Made by a program: the position numbers and the translations under genes
DNA from: Lingula anatina
Lineage: Eukaryota; Animalia; Brachiopoda
NCBI GenBank assembly: GCA_051362555.1
Contig: CM120640.1
Coordinates: 1,550,001-1,614,000, forward strand
Reading direction: 5' to 3'
DNA length: 64,000 bases
Notes under the pieces: model-generated
Told to the model about the DNA's origin: nothing
The model's database searches: none
Seen by the model: the letters and a program-made list of their open reading frames with translations, nothing else
Shown: piece after piece, positions 1 through 16,300 of the stretch
Numbering within the stretch: the stretch's first letter is position 1
Layout: each line of letters opens with the position of its first letter

Positions 1-25
1 AGTTGCAAAGCATGTTAGCTGGAGA

Positions 26-678
26 ATGGTAGCTTCAAAGCTGCCGGAGAAAACCCTTTCGTTTTCCCGGGTGAGTATTTTTCCGAGTTTTGTTATAAAT
101 TTTATCCTTATGATCCAAAGAGTTACGATGCACCTATTACGTAGAACTGTTAAAATTGACTGCAAAAGTTCAGATATCCACGTTTTTCTTTCGCAGTTCT
201 TGCTGCGTGCCGAGGTGTTGAAGCTGTACAGGCAGTTTGGCCGCACTCTGCAGTGTGTGCCTGATAAGAGTCACAGAGCAGAGCTGCAGACCTGGGTGCG
301 GACTGGGTTCAAACAGAATATCGGACTGGAAGATGAAGTAATTTTTGAAAAACGCCATTGTGCAATAAATTAGACACAAACTGTAGATGAATAAAGAAAT
401 TAAAATAAAATAAGTGAATTAAAATAAAATTGTTGAGAAAAAAAGTTGTTGGCTGCTTATATGTACATGTAGAACAGAACTTGTACACTGCATTTGATAT
501 GTAAAAATATACATCTTTTACATTATTTGCAAATATAATTTTGTCAAAAATCAAATGGTTTTTACATTAAATTTTTGTTCTCAATTGACAGCTAGCCATC
601 AAGATGTGTATCAGCCAAGCTCAGAAGCAGCTGAAGGAACTTGAGAGGATGTTGAAATTGTCTCAGGTATCAAAGTGA
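26..678 (+). CDS. LYRM2: LYR motif-containing protein 2; exons 26-70, 197-337, 592-678; 90 aa
   Basis: GT-AG introns join in frame to MVASKLPEKTLSFSR-FLLRAEVLKLYRQFGRTLQCVPD...WVRTGFKQN...EDE-LAIKMCISQAQKQLKELERMLKLSQVSK. LYR tripeptide present; matches LYRM2 as recalled. Confidence 0.85.
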
Positions 679-1307
679 TCTTCATGTCACGGCATTTGCC
701 AGAAAAAGTTCAGTCAAGAAGTAACATATGGTAAAAAATGGAGCCAGTGAAGACTTCTGTTACTTTATTTCCAACAACTGCACAAGTGTGCAGTGAACCT
801 CAGATAAGCTAATCTATACATACAGCACAAATGTCATGTGATGACTCTACCTCACTCAGTTGTCACTTTACACGTGTCACTCCACATGACACATGGCGCC
901 ATGCTCTGGCTGCAGTGTGTCCCAGTGATTTTATTATTGGTGACAGATATCAAAACATTTCTGGCTGAGAAGTGATGTGACAGCTCTGCACACAATTCCA
1001 AAGTATGGACCTCCAGGAGGCACAGAGTGTGGACTTTCTGTGTGAACTGACATCTGGCATGTTTGCATCTGACAAATTTCCGTGTTGAGAAAGAGATTAT
1101 GAAACCATTTTAAATGCCTTAATTTTTTCACCTTATATGGAGACAGAGAAGGTTTGCAGCGGTTAGTCAAACTCCCTTCAGTTGAGTGGCAAATGTGAAA
1201 TACAGTACTCTCTATTGAATACAGAGAAGGTTACTCAGTGGTTGAAGTGAGGTAATCACCCTCTCCACCACACCTGCTCTGAAATCCTGTGTGTCCTTAA
1301 AGACAAT

Positions 1308-1568
1308 GGCCCAGTTTTATAAAGGACGTTTAGCACTAACCAGTGTTTAACTCTAACCAGACCTTAATAGTCTGTTAGTAAACTGACCTTTAAATAATTA
1401 TTTAATCCAGTCAGACACTGGCCAGTTAACTAATTGGCTGTTTTCTGTTAGAAGACTGTATATAAAACACATTTTAACCATCTTTTAGTTAATGGGTGTT
1501 AGGAGAATTTATCCACTGGTTAGGCTTATCCACTGGTTAGTGCTAAACGTCCTTTATAAAACTGGGCC
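1308..1568. mobile_element. PIF/Harbinger (Tourist-like) MITE
   Basis: ~38-bp perfect TIR GGCCCAGTTTTATAAAGGACGTTTAGCACTAACCAGTG; 3-bp TSD AAT on both sides. Confidence 0.8.
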
Positions 1569-2126
1569 AATATTGATAACACATTTTTCCATTAAGTAAA
1601 AATTCTGAATTTCATATAACTTATTTTTAAATCATACTAGTATAATCTTTATGTCATCAGTTAAAAAGGAAATAAAATGGAATTATAACTGAGGATATTT
1701 GCCCTTGTTTTGCATGTTATTTATGCAGGAGTGTGCCAGATTATTATTTAAGTAGTTTTTTTTTTTTTTTTTTTTTGTAATATAAGATACAACCTGCTTC
1801 CGCCTTAGAACTTCTAGATTTTCAAATAATTATCAACACCATTGTGTTAGTTGAGACAATCCAAGCAATCAACGCAATTAACGTCGGCTCATCTTGTGGT
1901 TCTTTTGTACAGGAGATTGGATTCATTTCGGGAAAAGGTATCGTCTAAAATTTCTCACGGGTTTTAGTTTCTTTTCTTTTGCTTACATACGTTTTATACA
2001 TGGTACAGTATATAGATGCAACTCATTATTGATACTTCCATACGCTAGATTGTGATAAAGACGAAAGGTGGCAAGCAGGAATGTGACCAACGGGAAATAT
2101 CGTACCGATTAATTACACACGGACAG

Positions 2127-2167
<41 letters not shown>

Positions 2168-2298
2168 GTTAACAAATGAAACTATAATTTTATTAGAGTA
2201 AATAGAATAACCTATTTTACATGTTGCGAATTTTGATTAAAAAACTTGTATTGCCCTCCATTCTACATTTCAAATAAGAGTTGTGTATTTTCCCAGTA

Positions 2299-7417
<5,119 letters not shown>

Positions 7418-8811
7418 AACTCTGGAGAAAAAAAAAATAACATAAAAGCAGGCCTGTAGCCATCAGTATTAGGGAGGGGTGCTTTTCTGAAGTGGATTGC
7501 AGTTGAACCAACCTCAACCTTGATTAAAATTTGATTTAGAGAGGACTTTTCCAGACAGAAGGACGGTTCTTTCAAACTTCCACCTGCCTATGGGCCTGTG
7601 AAAGTGCAATAAAACTTCCAAGTCAGTGTGCTGAGAAAGATTCTTCTGCTTTATGAGACTGCATTGTTGTGGCCTGTATGTATAAGAGAATTAAATGTGA
7701 AAGCACATTGTAAGTAATGTTATGTATGAATTTGCTGTAATTCTGTGACTAGGAAATACTGTGAAATTCTTAATTTTAACAAAAATTTTACCACTATTGA
7801 AAGTGATTGGTACTACTTGGAAGATTAGTTTTCAGTATGGAAGAGTTGTTCAAAAACTGAAGCAGCATCAATGAAAACTTGTATTACACGTCATGTAGAA
7901 AAGTATTCTGTTATGACAGATAATAAGTCAGGAAAATTCGAGGTATATTGGTTATATCAAGTACTGCTGGACGGCTAGGATTGTCTGTTGGAGATTTTTA
8001 CACAATTATTTCAGGCAATAGAAAAATCTAATTTGTCGTGTGCTACTTTTGTAAAACACTCAATTTTTTCACTTCATTATTTTAATTTTTATTACTAAGT
8101 ATTTTATATATCATATAAATAAAACTGTACAAAAATATTTCAAGTTCTTTATTCTGATATCAGAAAATATTTTAAAATGGCGAGTTTGCTCAGAGCTTCT
8201 CTGGCATTTGGATCATCATTAGTGTAAGAACAACTGAGCCCCAATCCTTCCCCGATAAAATCCCAATTCTCTGCTTGTGACAAAGATTGTAGAGAAAAGT
8301 AACCCGCAGATGCTAGTTAAGCACGGAACAGTAACTTCAGGTACTTCTGCATATACCCTGTTTATCAATCCATTCATTTATCTGGACTTTTTAGTCCTTT
8401 TACACAACATTCAAGATTACCACTAGTGCTTCCTTTCTCCTGGCAAAACTGACTTCCTACAGTTGACACATGGTCCAAGAATGTTTTAGGACCTCATAAC
8501 TGTGTCACATGCAATATTCATTATCATGTATCATCAAGCAGAGTCAACAGTTGTAGTGGCAAAAGAGCTTCACTGAATGTCACTTTTTCTGCTTGGCCCC
8601 ATGGTTGGCAACTAGTCATCTGCATTGTTAAGGTCCAGAGCAATCATTTCTTCACGTCCAGTGCCAGTAGAAGATGGTAACAGACATGGAGATGTCTTAC
8701 CTATGCCCGGCACCATTTCACACCACCTAGCATGAAGTTTTCTGATAGTCTGAACCCTTGAAGGTATTTTTTTTTTTTTTTGGAAAAATATTTTTTTCAC
8801 TGATGTCCCTG

Positions 8812-9809
8812 TCATACTAATTCTCCACAGTCTGATATGACAACTTTTTGAAACGTTTTTCCATCTTTTGATCCAACACTCTGGAAAACAGAAGTTTTAA
8901 TTAAGAATATTATGTTAAACCTTTCATCCACATCCAAGGCCTACTGATACAGAGGCAGCATCCAGCAGCTTCAACATTCTCTTCATCTCTTGTTTTAAAG
9001 ATACTTTTAACAATTATCTTGTCCTTTTCTTTTCAAAATCACACTTTATTTATTTATTTCCATCGATAAATCTGAGCTGGAATTTTGTTGCAAAATTTAC
9101 CTCCATCTTTCTGACGACGTCCATGCCCTCAATGACCTGCCCAAAGACGACATGCTTCCCGTCCAGCCAGTCCGTCCTCTCCGTACAGATGAAGAACTGA
9201 GAACCATTGGTGTTGGGACCAGAGTTGGCCATGGACATGATTCCTGGAACAAAATTGGTCACTCCACATAAAACTCATTTCAAAATTTTATTCCAGAAAA
9301 TCAAACATTTGTTTATATAGTAGCATTACACTACTGTACAAGTCGTTACACTATTGTACAAGGCAAAACATTTTTGACTTCCATGCTACTGATAAAATGA
9401 GAAATTGAAATATAAAAGACTTCTACCACCAAGTAGATTTCAGTAATATTTACTGAAATTTTTCTCAATCCTAGAGGCAATATTAATTCAACAGTTTAAG
9501 AACGAAACCACCTCAGTTTTGTCTTGTGCTGATAACATACATCTGCATCAATTAATCTAATAATGATTTATTCATATAAAATCAATACCTGGACCAGTGT
9601 GTTTCAGAGCAAAATTTTCATCTTCAAATTTCTTGCCATAGATGGACTTGCCTCCAGTGCCGTTGTGGTTGGTGAAGTCGCCTCCTTGACACATCTGGGG
9701 GCCAGAGTTAAGTTTTTAAAAATACAACACAAAAATACTGGGCGATACTTGTTCTTAACTTATTTTGTTACAGCATATTTCATATCATTAACTCTCTCCC
9801 TCCCTCCAC

Positions 9810-9853
<44 letters not shown>

Positions 9854-12838
9854 AATGGCTTGCAACTTTCAGGCTCTCAGTTAAGGAAAGGATACAAATT
9901 GGGGGATTATTCTGTGGAATATGCTGCCTTTGTAACCAAAGCCCTTCTCATGTGTGCACAAACATCTGAAGTTTTCTGAAAAGAGAAAAACAATAGTTTA
10001 CAACAAAAACACAACAGGGGCCTATCTTTCATAAAAGCTGATAACCCAAATAATCATGGAAATACAAGGTACTCTACTGGTTGTATATGATAATATACAC
10101 CCAAGAAATCCAATCTACTCCTGATTTCAAAACAAGGTCATACCTGCAGTTTTTGGTACCACGTCTGCCCTCAGCTGTATCACAATTCTGCCGGCTGATT
10201 TACTGCCAATCTTCACTTCTAGATATACCTGGGGATTGGATTTTGACCTCTTGGCTGGTGCTGCACTCTGGTGGCATAAATGTCAACTTAATGGGTATCT
10301 TTATATTTATACTACAACCTTCATGTTATCAACCATATGAAAATATCTAAGATTCTTAATGACTGATAGTGCTTGGATAAAAGAAATAGTTTTAACATAC
10401 TTCAAATTTCATGTAATGTGAAAAAATCTACTTAATATTTCAACTTTATTCACTTCTTTATTTTGATCATTTTGTTTTTGTTTTTAAGAAATTCTAAAAT
10501 CTGGTCATTTCTAGACCTTTCACTCAGTTCCTACTCACATCCTCGGCTTCCTCAGCAGGTCTCTTGTTGTTTGCCTCCTCCTCATTCTCCTTATCTCCCT
10601 TGCTCAGTGTCTCCCCAGCATGTTCCTGGAGCCAGGAGTCCTCCGACCACACTGGAAGAGCACATCATATATTAGATGTGGTCAAATTTAATACAAACTA
10701 CAATTTTCTTTTTAAAAAAATTGTGTCATCAAAACAACTAAACAGACACTAAAACTCTATCAGGCATCATGGTGCTGTAGGAAAATTGATGTAGACGGTT
10801 TTTTGTTTAATGTTTACGGCTAGTGTGCTCATTTTCAATAACACTGAAGTTGCCAATAGGAACTATTAAAGAGAAGCTCAACAATAGTACAAAAAAACAG
10901 CTACTTTCAAAATGAAATTCTTTGCAAGATGACGAGAAAAACAAGACAAGAATTGTACTGGAAAAGTAAAAGAAAAATAAAATAAAATAAATGCCAATAA
11001 TGTGATAGGCCCCATTCAGAATAGGGTACTAACTAGACAGGGTCAAATATGGCGACCCGCAACAAAGCTTGCCATCTAATCCACTAATAGACACTGAATA
11101 GATATCCTTGGGGATATATTCAACTGGGTTGGCCATATTTGACCCTCGGACTAGTTAGTCCCCTATTCTGAATGGAGCCATAGTATAATCCTTGATGTTA
11201 ATGAACTCACCAGCTCTGGAGGCTCCCTCTTTAATCTTCATAGGCTTGGCCAGATTGGTACGCACTGTTCTCCCAAATAACTCCGAATCATTCTGATCAA
11301 CATGAAAAATAATACGATTACAATTCTGTCCATCTCCAAGACAACAATGCAGTGTAAACAACAAGCTGAAGTATTCCTCCCATATGGTATTGGAAATTTT
11401 CATTACCGGATAGAAATTAAAAATTCATTTTATCTTATAAATAGATTTTGCTTAAAACACGTGCAAAGTTCTGTGAGTAGATAACGCACTGCTGGGGTAG
11501 CACTGCGGGGTAGCGCTAACAATTTTTTTCTCTTAGCCAAATCACCACTTTTTTGTCAATTTGTTATCAATATGGTTATAATTTGACTAAAACAAGTCAA
11601 ATCAAGCCCTTTTTCTTTAGCCAATTTAAGCAAGTTTTCGCATTTGGCTAAATTGGCGAGTGTTAGCGCTACCCCAGCACTGTAATTTATCGAAATAATG
11701 TGCCAAAACATAAAATTTAAAAAATAAAACAAATATTAGACTCTGAAACAATATGCCCAAATATTAAAATAAAAAATAAATTACATATTACTCTTTCACT
11801 CACCATGTTATCAATGGCAGCTGCTGCATCTTCAGCCAGTTCAAACTCAACAAAAGCAAAACCCCTGTGTTTCTCTGAAAACAAAACATCAGTATCATTG
11901 CATACAGTTATGCCTTTGGGTCTGATATAAAAGGGTTCCTGTGAGGGACATTGATGTCACATACAAGGTTAACAAAAAGACATGCCTTTTGGAAGATTTT
12001 AGAATAAAATGACATTACTAAGCTAGAGAATTCAACCTGTACTACCAAACACAAAAGTTTGTAATTAATGAGTCTCATATAGCCTGATAGGTTATATAAG
12101 TACACAGTTATTTATTTACTAATTCATCCATAATTCTTCAATATTCAAATCATTGGCAATTTTAAAAGTTATTTTCTTTGGGGTTTATATACATCAACTG
12201 ATCAAAGTGGCAGACAGCCTGGCGTGCCCACCCCCTCCCCCCTTTCTAGTTCTCTACTCCTTACCCGTCTCATAGTCCAATGGGATGTTTATATCTACAA
12301 TATCACCAAATGGGATAAAAGCAGCATGGAGAATCTTCTCATCCACCTCCTCTGCAAGACCACCTTTAATTTAAAGATGAGAGAAAATTATAACGTATCA
12401 TAGCGTTGACATGAACATGAATGTGACAAGATCAATTAAGCCCCCCAAACACACACCGGCCGGCTTCATCAAGTTAACTATAACCTGTGCAGCATATCTG
12501 GTCGTACTATTACTTTTTTCATTAGACGGACTTCACGTGCCTTGAGAGCGTTTAAACACTAAGTATATGTTCAAGAAGAAACTAGATCTCTGTTACAATC
12601 AAAACACGTGTTGTGCTGAAAGAATGAAATTTATCTCAACCAACTTGTCAATTTCAACATTTCATGCACGGTTTTCTCAAAAGTGTTTTTCTTGTTTTAG
12701 TAAAATCCCACCATACATAAGTTGCGTGGTTTCGCTCTGGCATAAAAGCTACTTTAAACATTTATAATATAGGGAGTTAATCTCCTTCAATTAAGTGAAA
12801 GCCTTACCGACGTAAACTATCCGCTTGTTGCTCGCCAT
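8812..12838 (-). CDS. PPIE: Peptidyl-prolyl cis-trans isomerase E (cyclophilin-33, RRM plus cyclophilin); 10 exons; 305 aa
   Basis: Exons 12838-12808, 12363-12265, 11874-11804, 11292-11211, 10651-10539, 10267-10144, 9975-9896, 9694-9589, 9243-9101, 8880-8812. RRM: [23 protein letters not shown]...[11 protein letters not shown]. Cyclophilin: [40 protein letters not shown]. Confidence 0.96.
9695..9895 (-). other. U12-type (minor spliceosome) GT-AG intron in PPIE
   Basis: 5' splice site GTATCCTTT; branch-like CTTAAC about 12 nt before the AG; no long polypyrimidine tract. Confidence 0.8.
11008..11179. mobile_element. Harbinger-like MITE; partial relatives near 5462-5540 and 25934-26077
   Basis: Imperfect TIR GGCCCCATTCAGAATAGGG-ACTAACTAG...GGGTCAAATATGGC; 3-bp TSD ATA. 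Confidence 0.7.
11506..11677. mobile_element. MITE; second copy at about 14838-15006
   Basis: TIR GGGGTAGCGCTAAC/GTTAGCGCTACCCC flanked by CACTG direct repeats; internal TTAGCCAAATCACC...GACTAAAACAA shared with the second copy. Confidence 0.65.
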
Positions 12839-13002
12839 TCCTCCAACAATATGACCTACATTCAAAGCGAGGCAAATTTGGATGCGCGCGGAAACGTCCG
12901 AGGGCTACACAAGATTTTGACGTCCAAATGAACTTGGTTTTCATTGTATTCTGCAATGTAGTATTGATGCATTTGATCCTTTAAACCCCACAGAGTCTGA
13001 CA
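12839..13002. promoter_or_regulatory. Probable bidirectional promoter of PPIE and SMC6, plus SMC6 5'UTR exon
   Basis: Start codons are head-to-head 466 bp apart; local CpG patch GCGCGCGGAAACG; donor GTAAGT at 13003. Confidence 0.5.
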
Positions 13003-13303
13003 GTAAGTATCCATGCAGAAAAACCATTTCGTTCAAACATACACCAGTTCACTAACTAGTGCCGTGTCAGTGTCAACCATCTTGTGTTCTTGACACTTGT
13101 GTTTTTAAAAGAGACATGGGTTTTATGCCTTACTTTTATTTAACATTGTTTTCATAATTGTTGCCATTATTTTATTTAGTTTGTTTTGTAACGGTCTTGG
13201 CCAATTCCCAAGATTATCAAAATCAGTAGAAAAAGAAAGATAGCCTGGTAAACTGAAAATGTTTTTCAATGAACGTTTTGGCTAAATTTCAAGCAACAGC
13301 ACC

Positions 13304-16300
13304 ATGTCAAAGAGAAGAACCAACACAGAGCAGCACAGACCATTAAAGCGTATGAAGGATGAAGGCAGAAGTGACAATGATGATGATGACGGGGACATCA
13401 TGGACCAGAGTCAGCGGCCTGATTTCAGGACTGCCAGCATGGGGGTGAGGAGGGGGGGGGAGGGGCAGTGACTCCTTCACTTTGGTTGAAACAGTCTTGA
13501 TTAATCAACTTCAAAGTCAGCCGTTTTTAATGCAAAACAATTAGTGCAAAAAAATTTGTACTACAGGCTCGCAGAGAGCATTTTCAGAGAGGGGGGTCTT
13601 TTTCTGAAAATAAGTGTACCATTTACCTAGAAACCTCATGTGCTTAGCTCAAAATTTTACCCAGGACGGAATGTTCCTAGCAAAAAGGGCAGTCTTTAAC
13701 TAATTCCCTGGACATTACTGTGTCATCTAAAATGATTTAGACCTTATTCCATGTTTTCAGTATTGTTATATATGAGTACAGTATTTATTTTCACATGTGG
13801 CTGTCATTCCAGGAAGAGGCAGATATGGGAATTATTGAGAGGATCCAGTTGAAGAATTTCATGTGTCATACCCGCCTGGACTTCCCTTTCTGCCCAAACA
13901 TCAACTTCATCACTGGAAACAATGGCAGTAAGTGACACAATGGGGTCAGATCAGTTGGAAGATTTTATAAACTGAAACCACACTTTTCTTTGGCTGATGA
14001 CAGGGCTTGACATTAAGGGTGGCCCACTGGCCCTGGGCCACTGAAAACCAACCTAGGGCCATTGAATCGATGGGGTCACTGGCCCAAAGACCAAGTAAAA
14101 TGTCATGTGTCAAATCATCCTTGCAATATTTACCCATATCGCGGGCCAGTATCGAAAAAAGTTAGTGTCAAGCCCTGGATGATGGCAAGCTTATATTGCA
14201 CTTAAATTAATTAAAAAATTGTCTCTTTTCCTTGCTGCTGTCTATTATGTCTTTGGTGCACTACAGTAGCATAAGGGCCTTACCATAGTATTCTTCTTCT
14301 ACTGAACTGATATTGCCAAGAGTCAAATTTTTTCCCTCCATTTCTACTCAATTGATTGAACTCAAAAGAGTTAAGATAAGGTGGTGTTGCTGTTTCCATC
14401 GTTTTTATGGGATGTTAAATATGAAAAAGCTCTGGTGGATGGGAAAGATGTGATGTGATACAGGGAAGATACTTTGGAGGGCCCATTTAAAATTATCATA
14501 ATAGCTTAAAATGTTTAACTGCTCAAAGATTAAAATTACATATCTGAGAAATTGTTAGTTTTTCCTCATTGAAAAGATGGAGTCATAACAATATTATAAT
14601 CTTCCTTCTCCTCCAGGTGGTAAGAGCGCCATCCTGTCACAAATCTTATGCTATCATGAGTCTTAAAGGCAGATGCATGTATCTTAATTTTTCGTTCTCT
14701 CCCCCAGGTGGTAAGAGCGCCATCCTGACAGGGCTGGTAGTGGGCCTGGGGGGAGGGGCCAAGGCCACCAGCAGAGGAACGTCTGTCAGAGGATTCATCA
14801 AGAATGGAAAACAGTAAGGATATATTTCATGAAAGTCTTGGTAGTGCTAGCAATTTTGTTCGCTTAGCCAAATCACCATTTTTTTGTCATTGTCATTTGG
14901 TTATTCAAATGGTTATAATTTGACTAAAACAAATCAAATCAAGCCCTTTTTGTTTAGCCACTTTAAGCCAGTTTTAGTTAAATTGACAAATTTAGCGCTA
15001 CCCCAGAAAGAGATATTTGTAATGTCCACATGCTCACTGGTAATGTTTACATAAAAATCCATTAAAGTTTTACTTAAACTTGACATTGAAACTTAAGTGT
15101 TTCTTGTAGCCATGGGTATTTCTCGAATGTAAAAGAGTGGCACTTTTATTTATTATTTAAAATATTCATATAATTTCAATTTTAGGAGTGGTGAGGTTAT
15201 TATCAAGTTGAGAAACAGAGGTTCTGAAGCCTTTAAACATGACCAATATGGAGACTCCATCATAATTAAGCGAACAATGAAAGCTGTTGGGGGATCTGCC
15301 TACAGGCTGGAAAATGCTGAAGGTAACTTGGTTTTCACCTAACACAGCCGGTGATACTTACCAGGAGTTGGTACCACCTCTCTGATCTAATTTTCCATGC
15401 TTGTTTTGAACTTTACTACTCGTGTTGTTTTGAGCTTTGTTGTATAGATATATATCCATGTAATCAGGGATTGCAAATTCTTTTGAAAGATTTCCTGCAT
15501 ATATATGCCATTCTTTGTTTTCTTGTTCATTATACGAGTGATTTAGTAACAAATTTTGTTCCTCCAGGTAAACTGGTGTCCAATAAGAAAGAGGAACTTG
15601 ACCACATTGTGGACCACTTCAACATCCAGATCAACAACCCAGTGGCAGTGCTGAACCAGGACACCAGCAGAAACTTTCTCCACTCCAAAAACCCCAATGA
15701 TAAATATAAGGTAGTTTGAGACATTGATAGGTATTTTTGGCAGTCATGTATGCATCATTTTGTCATGATAAATGTTATGTGTTACATATTTATGCTTCAT
15801 TAGATTTGTAAGTTGTCTCTTACACCACCCTAGCATCTATTAATGTTTATTGATAAAATGCAGTTTAAATTTTATTTTCTGAAAGTTACCAAGGCTTTGT
15901 TGAAAATATTTCCTGAAATTGTGCCTGATACGTAATGCCATGAAGAAAGAAGTGTCAGAAAGTTGCTATTTCCGAATCTGCTTCAGCCAAATTACACTCT
16001 GTTTCTTTTATTTTCTAGTTCTTTCTGAAGGCCACCCAGTTGGAGCAAATGAAGCAAGACTACTGCAGTATTACCGAGCAGATGGAAATCACCAAAGGAA
16101 TCATCTCAACCAAAGAAACCGTAAGTCTAAGAGCATCTTTGTACAAGGTAATATACTGTCTATCTTGGATGGAAGTCAATATACAAATAAAACTATGGCT
16201 GTGTGTTTGATATGACATCACATGACGTGATATGATAAGAAAACTTATAGAGCATAAATACTGAGATATTTTACATACAGTATGTTAAGATATTAATACA

